Below, one piece after another: positions 40,101-52,400 of a stretch of 64,000 nt of DNA. The notes under the pieces were generated by a model. That model saw nothing but the letters and a program-made list of their open reading frames with translations, made no database searches and was not told the origin of the DNA. Positions within the stretch are counted from its first letter, which is position 1. Each line of letters begins with the position of its first letter. The stretch lies in assembly GCA_002269645.1 (NCBI GenBank), contig NIVC01000176.1, positions 744,001 through 808,000 on the forward strand, in the 5' to 3' direction. Source of the DNA: Macrostomum lignano. Lineage: Eukaryota. The translations under genes were made by a program, and so were the position numbers.

Positions 40101-43100
40101 CCGAGTCCGCAAAACTGGCCGCTCTAGCGGGTCTCTTCGCTCGCGCAGCCTCCTTGACAGAAGATGCAGCTGATGAGGTCCTTTCCTGCTCCGTCTCAAC
40201 TTTTTCCTCCGCAGCCTCCTTCTCAGCTTCATCCGGGTTTTGAGGCAGGTTTTTCAACCGAACCATCAGGTCGCTTTCGAACAGCTGCACCACCGGCTCG
40301 TCCCGTGCCAGCAGCGCCTCCTCATCCTGTCTGACCATCCCGGAAGATTCTCGAGAGGCCAAAGCCAGGGCGGAGTCGGCGGCGGCTGCAGAGGACTTCT
40401 CAGCTTCAGCCTTCGCCGCTTCGGCAGCTGCGGCGGTGGCGGCAGCGGCAGCGGCGGCCGCGGCGGCCTCTTGAAGGCGGACATCGAGTTCTTGACGAAC
40501 GGTGTTCCACCTCTGAATTGGGGAAGGAGTGGGATTGGAATTGAATTAGCAATCCCATGTGAGATAGATTAGCAATCCCATGTGAGATAGATTAGCAATC
40601 CATGTGAGATAGATTAGCAGTCCATGTGAGATAGATTAGCAATCCCATGTGAGATAGATTAGCAATCCCATGTGAGATAGATTAGCAATCCCATGTGAGA
40701 TAGATTAGCAATCCCATGTGAAATAGATTAGCTATTCACTCTGTTCCCACGTTCACCTCTTTCAGTCTGGCGATATCCTTGTAGCCCAGGAACTCCAGCA
40801 GATCAACGGTTTGATCTCCTTTGATGAGCATCAGCTTGAGTCGCTGCTCAGACAGAACGCCAGCTTCCTCGCTCTGTTCGAATATGGTTGCCATGTGACT
40901 GATGAGCTGGTCCTCCACGGATTTGTGTAGTTCTGGCTCGAGATCTAGTTGCCTGCGATTTGAAGCCGGGGTAGACGGAGAGTTAAGTTGAGTAGACATA
41001 GACACTGAGTTGGTGGAAATGAGAATTGAGTAGAGTGGTGAGTAGAGTGGTGAGTAGAGTGGTGAGTAGAGTGGTGAGTTGATTAGGGAGTAGAGTGGTG
41101 AGTAGAGTGTTGAGTAGAGTGGTGAGTTGATTAGGGAGTAGAGTGGTGAGTAGAGTGGTCAGTAGAGTGGTGAGTAGAGTGGTGAGTTGATTAGGGAGTA
41201 GAGTGGTGAGTAGAGTGTTGAGTAGAGTGGTGAGTTGATTAGGGAGTAGAGTGGTGAGTAGAGTGGTCAGTAGAGTGGTGAGTAGAGTGGTGAGTAGAGT
41301 GGTAAGTAGAGTGGTGAATAGAGTAGTGAGTAGAATGGTGAGTAGAGTGGTGAGTAGAGTGGTGAGTAGAGTGGTGAGTAGAGTGGTGAGTAGAGTGGTG
41401 AGTAGAGTGGTGAGTAGAGTGGTGAGTAGAGTGGTGAGTAGAGTGGTGAGTAGAGTGGTGAGTAGAGTGGTTAGAAGAGTGGTTAGTAGAGTGGTGAGTA
41501 GAGTGGTTAGAAGAGTGGTGAGTAGAGTGGTGAGTAGAGTGCTGAGTAGAGTGATGAGTAGAGTGGTGAGAACAATCACTCACCTCTTAATATCCCGCAC
41601 TCTGTCGCACATGGCCAGGTGATCCCAGCCGCTAACTGTAAACTTCATCAACGTGAGCAGGCCCCTAGTAACTGGTTCTTTCTCCGCTGGTGGTACCTCA
41701 GCCATTGTAAACCAGGGCTCGGCCAGGATCTGCTCCAGCAAAGAGTCGGCAGTTGTCGACACTACATTAGCAGCAGGTTTTGTTCCGTCATCGCCGAACT
41801 GAACACGGCGAGTCCGTTCAGCTGACGACCTTCCGCCTGTTTGCGGCTCTGTCTGCCGCGTCAGCGGCTGCACCTCAGGCAGCGGCGGCGGCTGCTGCGT
41901 CTGTCGATCGGCTGCCGATCCGGCAGATGTCGGCGTCTTGAGTATCGACTGCGGCGGTGGCGGCTGTTGCGGATGCGGCTGCTGAGGCTCAGGTGGCTGA
42001 GCCGCCTGATTGGCTGGCTCTTCTTTTGGCTGAGAGTTGCAGAAGAGTTTTTATAGATGTAGATGGGATAAACGTCTAATTAGATGACGTGAAAGAGCAC
42101 TAGATTACTTAAAAGCACACTAGATAAGCTAAAAGTACACTAGATAAGATAAAAAGTGCACTAGATGAGATAAAAGTACACTAGATGAGATAAAGTACAC
42201 TCGATAAGATAAAGGTACACTAGATACGATAAAAGTGCACTAGACGAGTAAGAAGTACACTAGATGAGATTAACGTACACTAGATAAGATAAAAGTACAC
42301 TAGATAAGATAAAAGTCCACTAGATAAGATAAAAGTACACTAGATAAGATAAAAGTACACTAGATGAGATAAAAGTACACTAGATAAGATAAAAGTCCGC
42401 TAAATGAGATAAAAGTACACTAGATAAGATAAAAGTCCGCTAAATGAGATAAAAGTACACTAGATAAGATAAAAGTCCGCTAAATGAGATAAAGTATACT
42501 AGATGACAAAGTCAGATAAAGTTAATATGGTAAGTGGGGATAAAATCCTAAGAAATCCCTAAAAACCGAACACTCACCTCGGACACCTGAGTCTGTCCCG
42601 ACTTGCCCTTCCCAGTTCCGGGCATCGTCAGTTTCTTCGTCTTCTTAACGATCGGCTTCCTGGCCTTCTTTTTCGCCACTTTCTGTTGCTCCTGCGGCGG
42701 CTGCTCCTCCTTTGGCGTCTCCGTCGATGGCAGCTCCGTCGTCACCGGCGTCGCTTCGCGCGTAGTCGCAGCCGGGGTCGCCGACTTGACGACCGGATCC
42801 TCTGTGTCGGGACTGACGGCGGCGGTGGTGACCTCCTCCGGTGGCGCCGCCGGCACTGGAGCGCTAATTGGCGGCAGGGTGCGCAAGTTGATCTGCCGCT
42901 GCTGTCGCGGCTCCTTCGGCGGCGTCGGCGCCTCCTCGGCTCGGCTGGGCGCCTGCGATTGCTGCTGCGACGCTCGGCTGCCGGCCGCCGCCGCCGCCTC
43001 GGCCGCCGCCTTCTGCTGCATCTCCTCGAGCATCTGGCGCCGCTTCTCCAGGGCGGTCTCGAGGTCGGCGAGGCTCGCGCCGTTCAGCCAGTCGCGCTCG

Positions 43101-44313
43101 GCCTCGGCCAGCTGCTGCTGACGGGCGCGCTCGGCCGTGTCAGCGCTGTTCAGCGAGCGGCGCCGGCGAGGTGCGTCCTGGGTAGGGGATTGGGGATGTG
43201 AAGATGTGTGGATTCCAGGAATAGGTGAATGATTCTTCAAGTGGGTCAAGGAATCTTGGAATAGGTCAATAATTCTTCGATTGGGTCAAGGATTCTTGTA
43301 ATGAGTCAAGGATTCTTCAAGTAAGTCAAGTATTCCTTGAATGGGTCAAGAATTTTTTTATTTGGTCATGGATTCGTCAAGTGGGTCAAAGATTCTTGGA
43401 ATGGGCCAACTTTAAAGATCATCAAGACATATTCTAAGTTATTTTGGACTCAAGTGTTATACTTCTGTCCCGTTTGAGAGGCATGAAAGATAAATAGAAA
43501 GTATTCGAAAAAAGTTATAAACAGTATCAAACTCACGCCGAATTGCGTCATCAGATCGCCTGCCTTGGGTTCGTACAGATCTCGGATTACGGAGTTGGGA
43601 ATTTCACCTGGTTTTATGATAGAAATTGGCTGTTTGAATTGGTTCCTCTGTATAGTGAACTAAATAGATATTGATCGATAAAGAGTGAGATAGAGATCGG
43701 TAGAGAGGGAGATAGAGATCGGTAGAGAGGGAGATAGATATCGGTAGAGAGGGAGACAGAGATCGGTAGAGAGGGAGACAGAGATCGGTAGAGAGGGATA
43801 TAGAGATCGGTAGAGAGGGAGATAGAGATCGGTAGAGAGGGAGACAGAGATCGGTAGAGAGGGAGATAGATATCGGTAGAGAGGGAGACAGAGATCGGTA
43901 GAGAGGGAGATAGATATCGGTAGAGAGGGAGACAGAGATCGGTAGAGAGGGAGATAGATATCGGTAGAGAGGGATATAGAGATCGGTAGAGAGGGAGACA
44001 GAGATCGGTAGAGAGGGAGATAGATATCGGTAGAGAGAGACAGAGACCTGCAGAGAAGTGACACAAATCTGCAGTGATCCTCAAGCAGCTCACAGTCAGG
44101 CGCCACCGGGTAGCGACTCCGTGGCGCCGCCCGCGGCCGTCCCGCCCGCAGGTCCCAGGCCAGGTCCAGCTGGCAGGCTCGCGCCAGTTCGACTTTCCGG
44201 CCGGGCGGGTAGCCGAGGGTGGCCGCGGCAGGCCAGACCGGAACTGCAGGTGCCGGAGAAGCCGAAGGCGAGGGCGAAGCCGCTGCAGAGCTCTTCTGAG
44301 TTGCGGAAGCCAT
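34132..44313 (-). CDS. Uncharacterised low-complexity (A/P/Q/S/E-rich) protein, about 1000 aa. Exons 44313-44094, 43607-43537, 43177-42578, 42029-41584, 40952-40757, 40512-40062, 38023-37647, 37467-37361 and 34693-34170. The last exon either reads through to TGA at 34132 or splices to an unlocated terminal exon.
   Basis: All eight introns have GT-AG ends, and their phases (1,0,0,2,0,1,0,2) join into a single open frame starting MASATQKSS. Exons are GC-rich. No domain recognised. Confidence 0.78.
34831..36075. repeat. 12-bp intronic minisatellite (GATAGACAGGTA)n
   Basis: Seen directly. Confidence 0.95.
36865..37335. repeat. 28-bp intronic minisatellite (CCACCACCCCATTTTCTCCACTCCAGAC)n
   Basis: Seen directly. 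Confidence 0.92.
38055..39175. repeat. 21-bp intronic minisatellite (TCTATAGAATCTAGTGTGTGA)n
   Basis: Seen directly. Confidence 0.95.
39265..40050. repeat. 22-bp intronic minisatellite (AATCTACAGAATCTGTCACCCC)n abutting the exon donor
   Basis: Seen directly. Confidence 0.95.
40545..40735. repeat. 23-bp intronic minisatellite (GATTAGCAATCCCATGTGAGATA)n
   Basis: Seen directly. Confidence 0.92.
41025..41570. repeat. 12-bp intronic minisatellite (GAGTAGAGTGGT)n
   Basis: Seen directly. Confidence 0.95.
42095..42505. repeat. 20-bp intronic minisatellite (ACTAGATAAGATAAAAGTAC)n
   Basis: Seen directly. Confidence 0.92.
43685..44045. repeat. 22-bp intronic minisatellite (GAGATCGGTAGAGAGGGAGATA)n
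   Basis: Seen directly. Confidence 0.93.
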
Positions 44314-44712
44314 GTCGTCAATCTCCGGCTCCTTTGTCGCTCAAACTGCTTGAGTCCTCTCTGTTGTTCAAGCTTTTATTTGGCGAAAAAAGACAAAGAA
44401 CTGCACGAATTTGTGGATTTCTGCTTCTGTTCTCTGCCGGAGGAGGAGGGGTGGCTGATGCTTTCTGTCCATATCCCTCCTCTCTCTCCCTCTACCCGTA
44501 GCCCATTGTTTCTCACGTGAAGCAGAAGACTGGGCCTTGTCCCCCCCACGCTGTAACCAAGGAGAGCAGGCGGTTCTGTTTCAAGGGACAGAAAGTGACG
44601 GGAGGGCGCAATCCAATCTTGATCTGCCTCCCCCACTGCTCCAGTGTACGCCTGTGCTCAAACAGTTGAGGTCTGTCCCCTTCCTCTCCCCCTGTCTCTC
44701 TCTTTTTTCCGA

Positions 44713-44726
44713 GTTGCCATGGTTTC
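44713..44726. promoter_or_regulatory. Possible RFX X-box-like motif about 400 bp upstream of the orphan gene ATG
   Basis: GTTGCCATGGTTTC contains a perfect GTTGCCATGG half-site. A short motif like this can occur by chance. Confidence 0.3.
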
Positions 44727-45244
44727 CATGGCTTATGCTAAAGCTCTCTTCTCTAGACCATTCTCATCTGTTTCTATAACCAGCCTATCTGGCTAATTTT
44801 GATACAAGCTTTTTGTGTCAACAGCTCTCGCATTGAGTCTACACTTGAGTCTGTCTCTTGAGCGCAGTGTGAGCTGTTTATATTCTGCGATTTTTTCCAT
44901 GTTTTCATTTCTTAGCTCGCAAAAGAAAGTGAAAGTTCTTTACTGGGGCTGCAAAATCGTATGTATGAGTCCCGACTGGAGTCTCTGTGTGGGCCAGTAA
45001 TTACACAGACTATAAATAAGAAAGTGAATATTTTACCTGTCAGCTGGGTACCCCCCGCGGAGATAATTGTGGTGGCGCTGATTTACGAGTTAAAAAAATA
45101 TTTTTTGTTTTTATTACTCTTCTATTTCTTGGAAAGAGCTCTGTTGGCTTCAGTATTGATTGTGTATTGTGTATCAAAAGAATAATTTAGATTTCTAGAG
45201 ACCCGAAATGCATTCAAAGAGAAGAGACCGAGTGTCTGACTGAG

Positions 45245-45660
45245 GTGTCCGAAAAAATTGATAGGTGTCCGATAGATTTAAGAGGTGTCCGAACTATTCA
45301 AATGGTGTCCGAAAGATTAGGGAAGTGTCCGAAAGATTAGGGAGGTGTCCGAAAGATTAGGGAGGTGTCCGAAAGATTAGGGAGGTGTCCGAAAGAGTAA
45401 GGAGGTGTTCGAAAGATTAGAGAGGTGTCCGAAAGAGTAAGGAGGTGTCCGAAAGATTAGGGAGGTGTCCGAAAGAGTAAGGAGGTGTCTGAAAGATTAG
45501 GGAGGTGTCCGATAGATTCGGGAGGTGTTCGAAAGATTACAGAGGTGTCCGAAAGAGCACTGGGGTATCCGAAAGATCACAGGCGTGTCCGAAAGATCAC
45601 TGGGGTGTCCGAAAGATCACTGGGGTGTCCGAAAGATCAATGCGGTGTCCGAAAGATCAC
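45245..45660. repeat. 20-bp intergenic minisatellite (GGAGGTGTCCGAAAGATTAG)n
   Basis: Seen directly. Confidence 0.92.
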
Positions 45661-45986
45661 TAGGAGCGATTAATGAACTTTAAGGAGAATAAAACTCAAT
45701 GACTCAAAACTGTGTTTCGAGAAAATTAAAGATTTTTTGTACTGCAATCAGCAATTTGATTTAAATATATTTGGTTTCAGGAAAGTCAGCTGACAGCAAT
45801 TAATTTCTATCCATACTGGCATTCTACTGGAAACAGGAAAATTTAATATTTGATCGCATTTATTAATATTTGCACCGACAAGCCTAATGGTTAATTAAGT
45901 ATTGTGATTCGAAAAAACGTAACAAAAGTTTCGAGCTCTTAAAAAATGTGAAAAAAGTCTGATTGTCCAAAAGTGCGCCGCAGGCG

Positions 45987-46211
45987 TCAGCACTGATTGT
46001 CCAGGTAGTAAATGGTGACGGAGCCGTCAATGCTGGCCTCATTGCCACCGGTGACGCTTGAGCACGAGTTGCTCAGAGCCATGGTGGCGTTGCAGAACGA
46101 GCCGCCTCCGCCCCCGGCCTGCAGCGAAGAATTTTAATGCCATTGCCAATAACTCTACTGTTAGTAGTGTGCTAATCTGTGCCTTCAATATTAATACGAC
46201 TGATACTACAA

Positions 46212-46281
<70 letters not shown>

Positions 46282-46344
46282 ATGATAATAATACTACTAC
46301 TAGTACTACTACTACTACTACTACTAATGATAATAATACTACTA

Positions 46345-46422
<78 letters not shown>

Positions 46423-49400
46423 TTACTACCACTACTACTACTGCTACTAACATTAATAATAATACTACTACTAGTACTACTACTAATACTACTACTACTA
46501 CTCACCTGCTTGTCGTGGGTGCCGGCGCCGCCGCCGCTGTAGCCGCCGCCGCCGCCGCTGGCGCCGTTGTCTTCGCTGCCGCCGCCGCCACCGCCAAAGC
46601 CACCAACGGCGCCAGGATTCATTCCGCCGGGTTCGCCGCCAACGAACGGCTCCCTGGTGCCGGACAGTGGACCGCCGTGTCCGGCGCCGCCGTGCTCGGG
46701 TCCGGCGCGCCTGGCGCCACCGCTGAGCCAGCCGGCGCCGCAGCCGCCGTGGTAGCTGGCGGCCTCCGTGTTGGTCCAGCCGGCGCTACCGTTGAAGCCG
46801 CCCCGGCCAGTCTGGCCGAGATTCGGTCCGGACGAGTCGGTGCCGTTCGTGCCGGCCTGTCCGGGGACGCCGGTAAGGGTGTAGCTGGCGCCGCCGCCGC
46901 CGCCAGCGGCCAGGTAGAGGACCAGCGAGCGCGGGTTGTAGACAAAACTGCCGCCGCCACCGCCCGTGCCAGCATTGTCTTCGATCTGGATTTTCAAGGG
47001 TACAGTCCAATGTCACATCTCTGGAATTCTCTATGGTCTTTTCCTAGGGATTTTCCAAAATCGTGTTTCAGGATAGGGAGTTTCCATTGTCGTGACCCAG
47101 GGATTTACCAAGTTCACATTTCAGGAATTTCCCATTGTCGTGTCACAGGGATTTGCCAAGGTCATATTCCAGGAATTTTCCAGTGTCGTGTCCCAGGGAT
47201 TTGCCAAGGTCATATTCCAGGAATTTTCCAGTGTCGTGTCCCAGGGATTTGCCAAGGTCATATTCCACGAATTTTCCAGTGTCGTATCCCAGGGATTTGC
47301 CAAGGTCATATTCCAGGAATTTTCTACGGTCTCTTTCTAGGGAGTTTCCTAGGGATGCTAGCAATAGGCGTTGCTAGTTTGGTTTTAGGAGTTACGATCC
47401 TTTGTGTTTGTGATGTTTCGGGTTTATGATTTCGGGAGTTGTCTCTTCTAGGGTTTGTGATGAAACCCTCCCCCCGCCCTTACGTGAGGAAAGAGGCGAG
47501 AGCCAATCAGAAGGCAGCGAGGGGGAGAGAAGAATAACAAGACTGAACCAGACAGAGAGGGAGAGAAATAAGAATAACAGGACTGAACCAGACAGAGAGG
47601 GAGAGAGATAAGAATAACAAGACTGAACCAGACAGAGAGGGAGAGAGATAAGAATAACAAGACTGAACCAGACAGAGAGGGAGAGAGATAAGAATAACAG
47701 GACTGAACCAGACAGAGAGGGAGAGAGATAAGAATAACAAGACTGAACCAGACAGAGAGGGAGAGAGATAAGAATAACAAGACTGAACCAGACAGAGAGG
47801 GAGAGAGAACAGAGTAAACAGAGGCCAATAGCAGATGAACTGAAGAAAGTCGCTGAAAAAAGTACTTTTCAAATCCAAAAGTAAAGAAAATCTAGAAAGA
47901 AAGCATTACCGACGGCCGACGAGAAGGCGAAACTTCGCTAGAATTGCCTCCATGTTGGCCGACAACAATGGCCAGCATCTGGCCGCGCTCCAGGCGGAAT
48001 TTGCCTCGCGCCGAGGCGCCCCGTCCACCGAGCCAGGTGCCGCCGCCCGAGTTTCCGTAGCTGGTCGAGTGGTTGCCACCCGCCGCGCCTGCGGCCGAGA
48101 TTTCAAAGCAGCCAGTTTTTGGCACAAAATATCTGATGATGCTCCCTGTGGCGCCCTGGCCTGTGGCGTCGAATCGAACATCTAAAAAATGCCGGCGCTT
48201 TCTTATCATACTACTTTCCCGCCATAGGTCTTCAGTAGCATAATCAGCGCTTTTTTATCTCACTCACATCTTGGCGCAGTGCAGAAATAATCCACCTCAA
48301 TGCGCATCATACCGCCGCTGAAGGAGAAACACTCGTCTGGGATAATGTCCTGGGATCGAATCGCATTCTGGAGGAACGGGTCCATCAGCCAGGTCGTGTC
48401 CAGCTGGCAGCCTTCTTCTGTCTTCTTGCAGCTGCGGTTGTTTCCGGTTGAGGTGTCGGGAACTGCGTCCTTGACCCATCTGATCACTGACCCCTGTCAG
48501 ATCCCTGAGGCATCTGATCACTGACCCTGTACTGACCCCTATCAGATCCTTGACCTGTCTGATCACTGAACCCTATCAGATCCTTGACCCATCTGATCAC
48601 TGACCCCTATCAGATCCTTGACCCATCTGATCACTGACTCCTATCAGATCCTTGACCCATCTGATCACTGACCCCTATCAGATCCTTGACTCATCTGATC
48701 ACTGACCCCTATCAGATCCTTGACTCATCTGATCACTGACCCCTATCAGATCCTCCGATCCTTGACCCCCTTATGACCCCTCCGATCCTTGACCCCCTAA
48801 TGACCCCTTCGATCCTTGACTCCCTTATGACCCCTCCGATCCTTGACCCCCTTATGACCCCTCCGATCCTTGACCTTTTCTATACTTGGCCCCTTCATAT
48901 TCTTGACCCCCTCGTATTCTTAACCCCTCCTATACTTGACCCCCTCCGATCCTTGACCCCCTCCGATCCTTGACCCCCTCCGATCCTTGACCCCCTCCGA
49001 TCCTTGACCCCCTCTGATCCTTGACCCCCTCCGATCCTTGACCCCCGATCCTTGACCCCCGATCCTTGACCTTTCCTATACTTGACCCCTTCCTATTCCT
49101 GACCCCCCTTCGATCCTTGACCCCTGACCCACCTTTGATTATCGGCCCCCTCGGATTCTTGACCCCCTCTGACCCCTCCGACCCGAGCGACTCACTTGCG
49201 CCGAACCCTAGCAAGCGCGGTATGCGAGGTGCAGTTGTAGATGCTGCATCCGGCATCCTCCGCCACCATCGCGGCCACAGCCGAGCTGCTGCGTCCCCGA
49301 GTGAGGTTCTCAAGCTTAACTGAGCACTTCAGCTTTGAGTAGCGCACCTGCAGGATGCCCATGGTTGAGCGCTCGCCGCAGACCAGCGGCGACTCCCGCC

Positions 49401-52400
49401 GGCCGTCAGTGTCGAACATGACCACAGTGTGAAGGGTCGAGTTGCCTGCGAAAGGTTGATGGAGTGAAATTTATTCTGTCACTCGCATGTCACTCCCTTT
49501 GCTAGAACTCCCACTGTCACTCCCATGCATTCTTTCTTTCTCCAATTCTGCCATTCTGATTCTGTCACTGCCATTCTGTCACTCCTATTCTGTCACTTTC
49601 ATTCTGTCACTCCCAGTTTGTCACTCCCATTCTGTCACTTTCATTTTGTCACTCCAATTCTGTCACTCCAATTATGTCACTCCAATTCTGTCACTCCAAT
49701 TCTGTCACTTCCATTCCGTCACTCCGGAACTCACCGCGGAAGCTGACGCACACCTCGCTAGAGTATTTCTGCCCGTTGAGCACGTTCATCCCCTTGCAGC
49801 AGATGGGGTAGTAGAGATTCACGTGGGTCAGGCTCAGGCTCTGTCCTTTGGTCGCAACCAACTGACTGGTCTGGATAATCCGCCAGGAATAGGTGACCTC
49901 CGGCATGCCCACATCCGCCTGGCAACTGAGGGTGTCCGATTTGTCGATGCTGCTGTCGTTGGTAACGACTCGACCTGTGGCCGCATTGATTATACTGACT
50001 CGCCTGAGACCGGCTTTGTAGGCCACCTGGGTGGGGATTGAGAATTTTATTGCTTTGGGGAAATTTTGAAAGTACTGGATTCTTATAAAGATTTTAGAAA
50101 GTATCAGGAGACTACTGTAAGTGTCAGGATTCTACATTAGGTGTCAGGAGACTACAGTAGATGTCTGGAGACTAAAGTAGATGTCAGGAGACTGCAGTAG
50201 ATGTCAGGAGACTACAGTAGATGTCAGGAGACTACAGTAGATGTCTGGAGACTACTGTAAGTGTCAGGATTCTACATTAGGTGTCAGGAGACTGCAGTAG
50301 ATGTCAGGAGACTACAGTAGATGTCAGGAGACTACAGTAGATGTCAGGAGACTACAGTAGATGTCAGGAGACTACAGTAGATGTCAGGAGACTACAGTAG
50401 ATGTCAGGAGACTACAGTAGATGTCAGGAGACTACAGTAGATGTCAGGAGACTACAGTTTCAGGAGGTTACAGTGTCAGGATTCTACAGTGTCAGGATTC
50501 TACAGGGAGTGTCAGGATTCTACAGTAAGTGTCAGGAGACTACAGTAGATGTCAGGAGACTACAGTTTCAGGAGGTTACAGTGTCAGGATTCTACAGTGT
50601 CAGGATTCTACAGGGAGTGTCAGGATTCTACAGTAAGTGTCAGGAGACTACAGTAGATGTCAGGAGACTACAGTTTCAGGAGGTTACAGTGTCAGGATTC
50701 TACAGTGTCAGGATTCTACAGGGAGTGTCAGGATTCTACAGTAAGTGTCAGGAGACTACAGTAGATGTCAGGATTCTACAGTGAATGTCAGGATTCTACA
50801 GTGAATGTCAGGATTCTACAGGGAGTGTCAGGATTCTACAGTAAGTGTCAGAAGTCTACACAGGTCCCCAGAAGACACAGGGATTTCAGGGATGTCAGGG
50901 ATATCAGTGATGTCAGGAGATGTCAGGGGGTGTCAGGAATGTCAGGGGATGTCAGGGGTTGTCAGGAATGTCAGGGATGTCAGGGATGTCAGGAATGTCA
51001 GGGATGTCAGGGATGTCAGGGATGTCAGGAATGTCAGGGATGTCAGGGATGTCAGGTATGTCAGGGATGCTAATGACACACCTTCAACCGTTGGGTCGCG
51101 GTCTCCAAAGTGAGCGGATCGTCAGCCCGGCACTCGAACGAGTCGGTGGCATTGTTCGCGTCGGGCTGGTAGGCCAGGTTCTGCCGGACAGTCAGGCTGC
51201 TGCCGTCGGCGCTCCAGTCGAATTCGAAGTCGGTGGGCAGCGAGGGCACTGCGGCACCGTTGCGGAACAGAGTCAGCTGGGCCTGCTGGGGCGCGCTGGG
51301 CAACACGACCACCTGGCACGAGACGGTGTTGGCCTGCGACTTTAAAGGCGCGTCGCTGGCAGATTTCAGCTCGAGGGAAGCCTGCCGGGGTTCGAATTTT
51401 GTAGGATTTGTTTAAATGGGGTGCGTATATGACTTTTTGTTTATCTGCTTTGCTTTTACCTAATCAGGGGTCTATTAAATTTCCAAAGAAATTAACAATA
51501 CTTTACAGTCGTCTGCAGTAGCAAGCATCAATCTACAATAGTAAAAATCAGACTACAGAAAACTACAGTAAGCTACAGCATACTACAGTAAGTTACAGCA
51601 TACTACAGTAAGCTACAGCATACTACAGTAGGCTACAGCATACTACAGTAAGTTACAGCATACTACAGTAAGCTACAGCATACTACAGTAAGCTACAGCA
51701 TACTACAGTAGGCTACAGCATAACTACAGTAAGCTACAGCATAACTACAGTAAGCTACAGCATAACTACAGTAAGCTACAGCATACTACAGTAAGCTACA
51801 GAATAATACAGTAAGCTACAGCATAACTACAGTAAACTACAGCATAACTACAGTAAGCTACAGCATAACTACAGTAGGCTACAGAATAATACAGTAAGCT
51901 AGAGCATACTACAGTAGGCTACAGCATAACTACAGTAAGCTACAGCATAACTACAGTAAGCTACAGCAAAACTACAGTAGGCTACAGCATAACTACAGTA
52001 AGCTACAGCATAACTACAGTAAGCTACAGCATACTACAGTAGGCTACAGCATAACTACAGTAAGCTACAGCATAACTACAGTAGGCTACAGCATAACTAC
52101 AGTAAGCTACAGCATAACTACAGTAAGCTACAGCATAACTACAGTAAGCTACAGCATAACTACAGTAAGCTACAGCATAACTACAGTAAGCTACAGCATA
52201 ACTACAGTAGGCTACAGCATAACTACAGTAAGCTACAGCATAACTACAGTAAGCTACAGCATAACTACAGTAGGCTACAGCATAACTACAGTAAGCTACA
52301 GCATAACTACAGTAAGCTACAGCATAACTACAGTAAGCTACAGCATAACTACAGTAGGCTACAGCATAACTACAGTAAGCTACAGCATACTACAGTAAGC

